Below, in pieces: positions 19,101 to 28,800 of a DNA stretch of 64,000 nucleotides. The position numbers were made by a program, and so were the translations under genes. The notes below the pieces were generated by a model. The model was not told where the DNA came from. It was given only the letters and a program-made list of their open reading frames with translations, and ran no database searches. How positions within the stretch are numbered: position 1 is the first letter of the stretch; every line of letters begins with the position of its first letter. The stretch is taken from IMG/VR virus record IMGVR_UViG_3300042907_001080, positions 186,001 through 250,000 of that record, one strand, 5' to 3'.

Positions 19101-21032
19101 TGTGGTCAATGCGATACCTTGGGTACTATCACTGCCTCCGATCTGTTGTCCACCGGGTAATGTTAAAGTACCATTGTCTAAAAATGTCCAACCTTGACTG
19201 TTTATGCCAATTTGGACTCCGTATGTATCGTCTTCGTTTTCAATTGGTGTAAGGTTAAAATAGTTTTGTTCAGTGTTGGTGTTGCGTACTAGTAACTGCC
19301 CAAACTCTCCAAAGAATACTGTCCAGTTATTGTTGATTAACCTATCAGAGTATGCTGAAGTTTGAACTGTAGCGTCTGGGAATGTAATTGAATTAACATC
19401 AAGGTCAGTGTCAGGCAGGGGTTGAACTAAAGGTGCCGCATCAACCCAAACATCGCTGTACTTGATATAGAGTCTGCCTTCTACAGTATTGAACCATAAG
19501 GTACCATTGTCTGCTGTGGGTGCTGTGTCCTGACGAACTACGGTTGAACTTCCACTACCGCCGGTGTAGGCTGTGGTCTGAACTGTGCCGTCTGGGAATG
19601 TTAGGTCACCATCTTCACCAAATCTCCATCTGTGTAGTGTGCTGTCTGTAAGGTTGATGTCAATGTTGATAGCACTTTCGCTACGGATATCGCCTGGTAG
19701 TTCTAGACCACCGTCGCCTCGGAAGGTCCATCTGTGTGTAACAACATCTTCTTCATCATTGCCATCATTACTGCGATCATATGATATAATTCTTAGGCCA
19801 CTGCGATCACTGTCTTGCCAGGCTAGTTGAATTCGACCTCGGTTTAGTTCTGTTTCATCATCTGGATTGCCGGTATAGGTTCTGATGATGCTGTGGTCTT
19901 CATTACTAGGCATATTGTACCAACGAACACTAGTGTTATCACCGTCGTTACCGTCTACGATAAGATGACCACCATCAACACCGCCAACAACAATATCTCC
20001 AGGAGCAGTTAAGTCGCCATCGTTATCGAATGTCCAAGTGTGAGCATCTGTGCTGTATTTTGTAGCAATAGTAGCACCGTTGTTGTCAACCCATACCCAT
20101 GAATCTTCATCCTTACCTGCTGGGCTTGCTGGTCCTGCTGTGATACCAGCATAGTTGCCTGCTACGGTTTTTAGTGTAGCACCGTTGATAATGCTACCAT
20201 CTGGCAATGCCACAACACCGCCATCGGTGACTTCCAGTACATACAGGTTGTTGAGTCCCTGGTTAGGATTTTCATTGTACAGTTTGCTGGTGGTAATCTT
20301 TCCATCATCTAATGAGTCAGTAAAGCCTTCACCAAAGTCTGTGATAGATAATCCGCCACCACCTAGTACACTAGCACCTGTGCTGTCTACAATGTCACCG
20401 CCTGGAGGTAGTCGTAGTCTTGTGGTGTCATCAACGAATTCAAATTTAAAATCACCGCCACCATCAATTCCAATTTCTGCTAGGCCATTGCTTGGATCTA
20501 GTCTAAAGTAGGCTCGAACAACATCGTTGTCGTCTTTGGATTCAAGTTGGAAAACTGCGCCTGGGTCCGCAATGATCTTGTTGTTCGCAAATGTGATATC
20601 ACCAGTGTTAGCATTGCCGCCTGTAACCACATCTCCGTCAATAATCAGTTGACCTTGATCAGTAATACTTAATGGAATACCCCCAATAAAAATTGTGTTG
20701 GTACTAACATACAGGCTGCGCCAAGGCAATGTGCTTGAACCTAGATCGCCACCATTGGCAGTCTGCGGCAAAATATCTCCACCCACAGTCAAGTTGCTGG
20801 TTATGGTAGTTGCTTGATCGATAGTGATTGCTGAACTATCAGTAGTGCTCATCACACTGCCCGTAAACTCAAATGCTCCCAGGTTTAATCCGCTTCCGTC
20901 AACTAACCCTAATTTTGTATATAGATCAGTAAATCCTACATTGACTTTTTGGAACGCAGCTCGTAGGCTATCGCCCTTCTTGTCATTAGCTGTGAGGCCT
21001 ACGCCTATTAATACATCTGTTAATTTTGCCAT
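16155..21032 (-). CDS. large modular tail fibre protein
   Basis: gp9/gp10-like N-terminus (ANDKKGDSLRAAFQKVN), W.F..DG.LT.PG repeats, beta-propeller region. Confidence 0.8.
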   Translation of the reverse strand: MAKLTDVLIGVGLTANDKKGDSLRAAFQKVNVGFTDLYTKLGLVDGSGLNLGAFEFTGSVMSTTDSSAITIDQATTITSNLTVGGDILPQTANGGDLGSSTLPWRSLYVSTNTIFIGGIPLSITDQGQLIIDGDVVTGGNANTGDITFANNKIIADPGAVFQLESKDDNDVVRAYFRLDPSNGLAEIGIDGGGDFKFEFVDDTTRLRLPPGGDIVDSTGASVLGGGGLSITDFGEGFTDSLDDGKITTSKLYNENPNQGLNNLYVLEVTDGGVVALPDGSIINGATLKTVAGNYAGITAGPASPAGKDEDSWVWVDNNGATIATKYSTDAHTWTFDNDGDLTAPGDIVVGGVDGGHLIVDGNDGDNTSVRWYNMPSNEDHSIIRTYTGNPDDETELNRGRIQLAWQDSDRSGLRIISYDRSNDGNDEEDVVTHRWTFRGDGGLELPGDIRSESAINIDINLTDSTLHRWRFGEDGDLTFPDGTVQTTAYTGGSGSSTVVRQDTAPTADNGTLWFNTVEGRLYIKYSDVWVDAAPLVQPLPDTDLDVNSITFPDATVQTSAYSDRLINNNWTVFFGEFGQLLVRNTNTEQNYFNLTPIENEDDTYGVQIGINSQGWTFLDNGTLTLPGGQQIGGSDSTQGIALTTDRGTVLFGNTPEQCVPTQSSHFHIMRDDPTTVDLFFGDDFNYVKLPYDSTLTNVGVQIGTDATNLWSFGKDGNLTVPGDILSEGNINIDINLSDSTLRRWSFGEDGNLTLPVGGDILDSNGNSVLDSGNSNIWIQEFETSLGAADVPALAMSVEYLANGDVVALIVHSEDTGGGYTGSYSSVARFNPNGTQVWSMIFKGAEFTNGWGLAVDNDSGHIYVAGWAIGEGIGAYNIATLTKLDTEDGSINWSKSYDVGYENFNTVVDVASDGSPIIVGYADSDTDNQVVTTKINAADGTVTWSRALDGQGNEEAYGMAVGPTGEVVSVGYMAQLGEDTDDQMLVVKYLSDGTIAWQKSVTVEEGYDCKGADADIDSAGNIYVCGNFYYDNNGQEFQAMIIIKFNSSGVKQWTRKLIGTCSDFATSIVVGPDNYLYLSGITVSANEETTKMVLAKYDTDGGVEWQRLLTNTTSSMFAGGFFVQLGGGSNLAVRNGYVAVGGGFGDIENFPEIQPNALVAQVDSAGTIFAVGNYEFTPSGFSGTLDADASDITVVDAAKTDSDYINEFTITDFDPEYDLTSDLIGTLYYGNVGGDDRLTNGANELVLESTGTLTLPQGGTISEGVVTSNPTIQLTPATPAVASQKLVIKGGGTFSNTENGITLTVPSNTWTEGNVDYVYVDAPTRGGQTLYWWIYPEGVGLSTPSTGTVVLDEFGEGNFTFTLTSDAYEFRVRVSPEEDNYDPANVGAESVLINSGSPTFEGEHHLHLTTGDLSVTSIFLGTDDHNVRTTTNGNIQITTPSETNQVWEFDTDGNLTIPGDIKSEGNIDIEINLSDSTLRRWTFGEDGNLNIPGDIVNSTGVSQTAQRVEGSWTVTTGTNTYNFTVPSDGTYTLWVKGNIPNGIITWNATLSITNTNVPAIGYQYAWNYTGGGSPILLTAIPDQIRGTAGTISTDATYVGSTSNRFDFTIANTSGSSVTVYYGYTKV

Positions 21033-21044
21033 TTATCGCTCCAA

Positions 21045-22835
21045 TTATGCCAATGCTGCTATTCTTGTTTGGAAGTCAGCAAAGCTAGAGCTTGCCGCCA
21101 CAACAGATTTTAATTCTGCAAGATTAATTACTCTACTGCCTTTTAGTGTTAATCTTTCTGCTATTGTTATATCGTTTTCAAAAGTAACATCTGTGTTGAA
21201 TGTTGTCTGAACATCCACTGTCAATCCGCTGGAGTCGCTGGTGCTGATAGTGCTGTTGATAAATTCCAGTGTTGATGTGTAGAATAGTTCTTTGGTTGTA
21301 GTATCATAAACAACCGGCCTTGCTGAACTTGTAGTTGATCTAACGGGATTAACATAGAATCCAGCTGCTGCGCCGTTGAGTATAGCACCGCTGGCATTTA
21401 AGATAATACTGTTTGCTGATTGATTATTGTGTCCTGCATAATGTCCGACAGCGATCGCATAGTCACCCTGACTTGATTGACCAGCATTGTCACCTATGGC
21501 AACCGCACTAGCACCTTGCTCAAAATATGCTGCTGATGCTCCTACAGCCACTCCGTAGTTGCTTTGTCTAAGTTCACCTGCCTGTCCTCCTATAGCGACT
21601 GCACGGGTGCCTTGATCTTCTGATCCAGCTGATGCACCAATGGCAACTGCACGATAGGCTTGATTTAAACCGGCATTTTCACCTAGTGCTATCTTTTCTT
21701 CACTGGTTCTCAATGTTGTGGCTTCTATGTTACCGTAGACTGTGGCAGTGTTGCCATCTATGATCTGTGTTGAATTGTCTGTGAACACAGAGCCTATGAA
21801 AATACCTCGTAAGGTGCCACTCACAGCGTCTACCATCACAGTAGAATCATCTGCAAACACTGAACCTCGTAAATCAAACACTGGATTCACGGCGATGGTT
21901 AAAGTGTCTGTGGCCACGTTTTTACTCAGCGTGATGGTTGCGTCACTGGCAATGTTTAATATGTCACTGGCAGCATCAGCTGCCAGTATATTAGCTATAT
22001 CATTGTTGACTACAATTTGTGTAAACGCATTTACCGCAGGTGCTGAGTTGGTAATAGTCACGTCACCTGTGGCAATGTCTGTACTAACTGTGATACCTAC
22101 ACCAGAAGATATACTTATGACACCGGTGTTGGTTACTCTCAAGTTGTCACCAGTTGTGCCGTTTATGTTAATACCTGCACCTGTGGCTCTGCCTGAGGGC
22201 AAAGCAGTGACGTTCTGTAGACTGCGAACACCGGTATTGGTTATTGTTGACACGCCACTGCTTGTAGCAGTTGATATTCCCAACCCTGCCGCTACACTAA
22301 GTATGCCAGTGTTTGAGAATGTAATTGAGTCTGCTCCTGAACTCACTGCCAGACCTACGCCTGAGCCTGACAAGAAATTCACTGTGTCGCCAAATGTGGT
22401 TGCCACTATAGACAGATCGTTGTTGATCTGTATTTCTTTGAAGAATGTTTTATCAGGATCTATGATCAAACTGGTCCCCACACCAGTTAACGGATCGCCT
22501 CCCACGGTAGATCCTACGGGCAGATTAATGGTGTTGCCCACGCCTTTGATCTGTGCGCTTCCTGCCCACAAGCCGTTTAATGGATCTACTGTGGTGTGTT
22601 CTGCTGTAAACACCGATCGCCACTGATGAGTTACATCTCCCAAACTGCGTAAATTATTTGTAGTAGGAGTAACATCGGTATCTAACGATGAAAAATCTAT
22701 AGGAGCCAGTCCTGACCCAGTACCAATAGTAGCAACTAGTATGTCAAAGTTTTCATTGACTTTGATAAATGCTTCATTGACTTCACTCCATAAAACAGGA
22801 GGACGACCTGGGGTTATATTATTATTAAAAGGCAT
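21045..22835 (-). CDS. tail fibre protein with YadA-head-like repeats
   Basis: (A/G)VAIG..AG...Q 14-aa repeats; GI.SV.AG.GI repeats. Confidence 0.75.
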   Translation of the reverse strand: MPFNNNITPGRPPVLWSEVNEAFIKVNENFDILVATIGTGSGLAPIDFSSLDTDVTPTTNNLRSLGDVTHQWRSVFTAEHTTVDPLNGLWAGSAQIKGVGNTINLPVGSTVGGDPLTGVGTSLIIDPDKTFFKEIQINNDLSIVATTFGDTVNFLSGSGVGLAVSSGADSITFSNTGILSVAAGLGISTATSSGVSTITNTGVRSLQNVTALPSGRATGAGININGTTGDNLRVTNTGVISISSGVGITVSTDIATGDVTITNSAPAVNAFTQIVVNNDIANILAADAASDILNIASDATITLSKNVATDTLTIAVNPVFDLRGSVFADDSTVMVDAVSGTLRGIFIGSVFTDNSTQIIDGNTATVYGNIEATTLRTSEEKIALGENAGLNQAYRAVAIGASAGSEDQGTRAVAIGGQAGELRQSNYGVAVGASAAYFEQGASAVAIGDNAGQSSQGDYAIAVGHYAGHNNQSANSIILNASGAILNGAAAGFYVNPVRSTTSSARPVVYDTTTKELFYTSTLEFINSTISTSDSSGLTVDVQTTFNTDVTFENDITIAERLTLKGSRVINLAELKSVVAASSSFADFQTRIAALA

Positions 22836-25800
22836 TATGTTCTCCCTACCGCTATTTCAATTGACCCTATGTGATCCGAATCGTATGCTACCAGAGCTTT
22901 GCCAACTACTGTGCCTACTTTTACGTCACTTGTGGCAGCTACTGCCACTCCTGGAATTCCTGATGTGATCAAAATATCTCCTTTTGATATTTTTCCTACT
23001 ACCTTGCAGGGCACACGACCTTGTAGTGCAACTAGATTCTTCAAGCCCGGGCAAGCATCATACATGACAAATGCTGCATTATTAGACACCACACCAGCTA
23101 CTCTAGTGTCACCTTTGATATTGCCCGTAGTAACTTCTTTGTCTCCACCAAATACAAGAACAGTTCCTACTTCATATTCTCGATCACCTTCGTAGTATTC
23201 TGCAAGGTCAGCAGCATATGTGGCCTGCATCCTTGATCCTGGGTTCAAGCTCCAATTGCCTATGATAGTACCAGCCACGACATTGCCACCAGTGGTTAAT
23301 GTCTGTGCCTGTATGCCTGTGCAAGTGATAGTGCTGCTTGATGTAATTGCTCCCACTGCGGTGATAGGAGCATTAGAAACACCGTTCTGCGTTTTGAATT
23401 CATGACTGTCATTCCAATAAGATGTTTTATCATCTGCAGCCAACGACCCTTCACTGATTAGTATACCGCCAGCACTGTTGTATCCGTAATAGCGTAGGTA
23501 ACCGCCAGTGGCAGTTGTTGCTGAATCAACAGCCAACTGCGTGTCAATTTTGATATTAGACACATCAACGGTCCTGCCACCGAAATCACCGTTTACGTCT
23601 CTTACTATAATCTCACTGGCTCCGACACTACTGCTGCTTCCAGAAGATCCAGCTACTATACTATAAGAACCATCTGATGTTGCAGTAGCACCAGTTCTTC
23701 GTAAGAATCCCAAAGCACTATACTGTGATTTCTTAATGGCCAAACCATCGTTGACCACATCAGCGAATGCCACTGCGGCAGCGTTGGCAGTGCTCACACT
23801 GCTGTTACCGATCAGTGTGTCTGGAGCCAGCTGTGCAAGATCTCCTAGCTGAATACTGTTGGCCTTGATAGTAACATGTCCGTCAGTGACGTCAAAATCC
23901 GCATTGCTGAAACTGCTTAATCCACTAGCTGCTTGAATAACGGCAGCAGATCCTGTAGGTGCTGCGGCCTGTGCAGTAGCAATGGTCATTGCCAACTTGC
24001 TCTGTTCAATAGCTGCGGCCGCATTCACTTCAGCGTTGTTGACCGCACCGGCACTCAACTGCACGTCTATATTGTTTAGTGTAGAGTCTATGCCAGTGCG
24101 TAGATCAAAAGTGAGATCACCAGTGACACTGGCATTTACAAAGATGTCGCCAACACCAGTGAACACCATTACTTGACCTGCCTGCACATTAGATCCTGCA
24201 TAGTTTTGTAAATTGGTAAAAGTCAGACTCTGCAGGTTTACTGCATCTTGAGGGTCAGTTGGATCGGCAACATTAGAAATCTTGTTGAAGTTGAGATTCA
24301 TATTTGCCTGCATGCCCAGTTGGCCATCCAAACTCATGAAACCACCTGTGCCAAGAGGTATTACTTCGGCTGGCGCAACAGCGGCACCTTCATGTGAGAT
24401 TCCCAGTCGGCGATCTATGTATTTGCGTGTGGCATTCTCTGTGGGCACAGTATCTGTGGCGTTATCTGTGAATCCACTGTCTGTGGAAAACTCACTGACC
24501 GGCACACCACGTTTGAATCCAATACCGTCCAAATTACTCAGTGCAATAGAACTTGAGAATGTGACCTGGCCAGTGCCCTGATCCACTCTAAAGTATGGTC
24601 CGACTGAGAAATTACCAAATTGATCTGTGGTAACATAAAACACACGACCCACATCACGTTCTTCTGTTTCTTTGGAGTCGTCTATCGGGTTAACACTACC
24701 TCCATAAATTTCTTTGGGATAGTTGGTGTCTGCATAAGAACCTGTGCCGATCTCGAGTAGATCGTGTCCAGTAACCCGAGTAAGAGCAATTCTAATAGTC
24801 AACGTGCCGAGGCTGCCGCTGGTACGCACAGCCACGGCAGCTTTAATGGTGTAACTTGTGGACAAATTGTTTATGGCATTGACTAACGGACGGTTCAGTG
24901 TGATTCTGCCAAACACGGTGCCAGTTACACCAGGACCTTGATACGAACTAATCACATATTCTTCGCCCAGGTAAACAAACTTAGCTGCAGATAATCTAGA
25001 TATTTCAGTAGTTGAAATAGCAATTACCGCAAAAGCATTGTCACCTGCGCGGCCGGTAACTAGACCTACTTTATGCACTCCACTCTGTGTACCAGAGGTT
25101 TCTATGGCCGGATCACCAGGCACATCTGTAATTTGGAATGTATCAGGATTTCCTGTGCTGACAACAAAATACCTATTTTGAATACTTATTCCTGTGGGCA
25201 AAGCACCAGTGGTAGTGAATTTGACCACATCTCCCGCAGAGAATCCATGGCCGACTAGTGTTACCACAGCTGGATTAGCGATTGATATAGTGCAGGTTGT
25301 ACCAGTTGGTGTTGAAGATATAAATTCTCCAGGCTGGAATACCGTGATATCTATATAGTTGTAGTTTTCTCTGGTCTGGGTGAGAGTCAACCCCACGATG
25401 TTATATCTATGAATGCCACTACCTGCAGTTGTGATACTCACAGCAGCACCGTTTTTCTGTGTGCTTATACTGAATTGTGTTTCTGTGAGATTGTTAGGTA
25501 ACACATAGTAAGTTTCTCCCACTAGCAATGGAGCAGGTAACGTGCCCGTGGTGGTGAAAGTTATGGTATAGGCTTCTAACAGTTTGTGAGTTTTCACGGC
25601 TTTGATACTCAGTCCACTACCATTTGTCAATGTAAATGTGCCTCCTCCCGGAGTTGTGCTGACTGTAAACGTGTTATATGTGGGCTGTGTGATGATGTAA
25701 TAGGTAATGCCGCTGACAAAGTTGTTGGCAGTGCTGGTAGGGATTATTCTATCACCAATTCTCAGTTTGTGATTACCACTGGTAGTGCAGACGTTTGAAA

Positions 25801-28800
25801 CTATATCGGTTATGGTCAATGCCACACGGAATATTGTAGGTGTAGCCGGATTAACTAATATCTCATAAGGACCATTGCTATCTGCGGTATTAGTGAATGA
25901 CAATACACGATACACATTTGAAAGTGTCTCACGCAGTTTAAGACCGGTAGAAGGTCTTACAGCAACATCTTCTAGACTGCCGGTGAGCAGTGTATTGCTG
26001 AGTTGACGCATGGTCATTTTGGTGTTATTTGCTACTACCGCAAATAGACCTTCTGAGGCAGATCCTATGCCAGTGCTGAGATTTAATCTTGCTACTCCTA
26101 CTGGAAGATCAGTGGTAGTCACACTAGTCACTGGGTATCTATATATTTCTGTGCCGTGTAGAACTTCTAATTCTGATCCACTTAATGGTGTATAGTCATA
26201 ATTATACACAAATATAGATAATCCACCTGCCACGTTGGCATATGCACCACTAGGAAAATAACAATCTACTCGTTGATTTAGATCTTCATAGACAGTGGTT
26301 GGGGTAGGAACTTCAAGTGGATCTGCACCTTCCGCAACCAAGGCATAATTACCATGAGCATTTGAACCGCCGACTGAACGAATCTGTCCACCAGTCAATG
26401 AGTAGTAGGCAATATGGCAGTAGTATGTGAACATGGACACTGCTTCAGTCAAGCCACCATTGGCCACAACTATGCCATATCCGAGGTCGTTGATCTGTGT
26501 GAAGTCATTACATAACATGCTTCTGTTACCAGGCATCAACAATTCATATCGATTGCCATTGAAATCCACATAGCTCACAGCCGATGCCTGAAGCGCAGCT
26601 TTATTGGTCTGAATGATGGTTCTAACAGCAATGTTATTAGCAGTGTAACCCACAAAGCTAGGTTCAGTTATGGCTACCACTGCCTGTGCAGCTGTGAAGT
26701 TGGCAGCACCGATGATTGAACTCATGCGGGTCATTAGGGTGTTTATGGTAGCAGCTTCTGTGGCCGAGGCAGGAGTTCCTGAGGTTCTAGTCACTGCAGA
26801 ATAACTCACAGCTGGAGCCAAGTCCTGCACAATTTGTCCTAGCAGATAATTCAAATAGGCATGCCAGGTTGCAGATTGAGCTTGTGTTAGCGAAGAATCA
26901 GTGATCACTGCACCTGTGAGATTGTTGTAGAATTTCAACCCTCTTGTGCGTGTGGCCACATTGCCGCCATAAATCAAGTCATGGATCACTGCGTCTACAG
27001 CTTGTCTAATCTGATATTCTACTTCACTGGCCACATATACCGTGGCAGTGGTAAATCCACTGAGATTGCCTGCTATCTGTGCATCGATATAAGCAATTAG
27101 TTCAGCGATTTCATAGTCTCTGTTTGCCAACAGCAGTGCATAGGCATTAGTGACGTTAGCAGACAGTCCAACCGGTAGTGTAAATGACAGAGCTGGTGCG
27201 GCAACAATGCCGCGTTCTATAGTGTCTGCTATGACAGTATTGCTCTGATCCACAGTTTCTTGAATGGTAGGGTAAGCAGTAATTAGATCGTTTACAGAAT
27301 CATGCACGAACTCAATAGCTTCCAATGTGATTCGTCGTTGATCGGTCAATACCACTGCGCTTTGACTGAGTCTGTAGGTCAAGCCATTTTGTCTGGTCCA
27401 GTAGTTGGTGCCTAGCACAATATCTCTTCCCAGGCCATCTAGGATCAATCCAGTGTCTCGACTGCAGGCAGCGGAATTGTACGTGAATACGCTGAATGGC
27501 CAAGGCGTGGTTTCATCTAATACAAATGTAGCTGTGCTGCCGTCCTTGTCATAGACAAAGTCTCGGACATAGTTTATTCTATATACAGAATCTGCTACAA
27601 TGAATGATGCTGGAAGTTGCGGAAATCTATCAAGATCACTGACTTGCAATCTTGTTGGAGTGACCACGACGTCGATATTAAATTCCAGGTTGCCTGCAAA
27701 TCCGTCTGTGAACATACCGCCAGCAAACACCTGTCTGTCCTTGCTGCGGCTGAATGAAGCACACTCTTGAAAGTATGGAGACCTTGACAATATCTGACCT
27801 GTGGGATCCAATACTCCCATGAAACCGCCATGACCTATGGCTGATATAGCCTGCCAACGCACGGTATCGTTGGCTAGGAACACGTCCATCTCTTCGTTGT
27901 CTTTGGGATAATTCACTGATCCCGATCCATCAATTACATCCTTGAACGCTGTGATCAAGTCTGTGATAACCCCATCAGCACCCACCTCAGACTGGAACGC
28001 AGGATCAATAGTCTGTAAAAATAAATTCTGTTTAGGTGAGGTCACCGCAGTATTAGTGATAATATCTTGAACCAGCTCTTCAAAAAGATCTATCACCGCC
28101 AGATATTCACTGAGCTGTGTGGTAATTACTGTGTTACCAATTTCACTTTGATAATATTTCAGTGCTGCAGATATAGTTCGATTGTATTCTCCGTAGTCTA
28201 GATCAAAAGTAAGATCGTCAACTAAGATACCTATGCTGGTTTTGTAGAATGGTTTATCATAATTAAAAGTAGAAACAAAAGGTATAACATTATTGATTTT
28301 GCGGAATTCAATAGTAGCAACGATTTCTTCCTGTAGAAACTGTCTGTTCAATCTGATCAGGTCCGCAGCTGCTTCGTAGCCGCCTTTGTTTTGTATTTTG
28401 GGGTAGACAGGTTGAGTGCTGTTCTGTAGATAATGATAACCGTAGGCCTGTGTGACCACATCAAGGCCATCAATGACTGGGTCTCTACGGAATTTATTAA
28501 ATGCCCAAGGACTAGCAGATGTGCCTGGACGAGGTCTAAAAATAACTCTACGGAATTCATCTCCTACTACAGAAACGTTTGCAGGAACTTTTAGTGGATA
28601 GTTTTCGAAATATTCTCCACTTTCTACTAGCACAGAAATCTGTATGTTTCTAGCAATGTCTCCATAGGTTATGCTTTCACCTATTTGAAAATTGCCAGAT
28701 AATATATCCACATCAAAAATTTCATTGCCACCACTCTCTAGCTGTCCTGAATGCGCCACAATCTGGGCCAATGCGTTGCTGGTCTTACCTCGTAGGAATA

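Noticed and set aside
21742-22626. Long antisense ORF (294 aa) and the many other opposite-strand ORFs in the track
   Set aside because: They are shadow ORFs of real genes, with no motifs or ribosome binding sites, as expected from codon bias.
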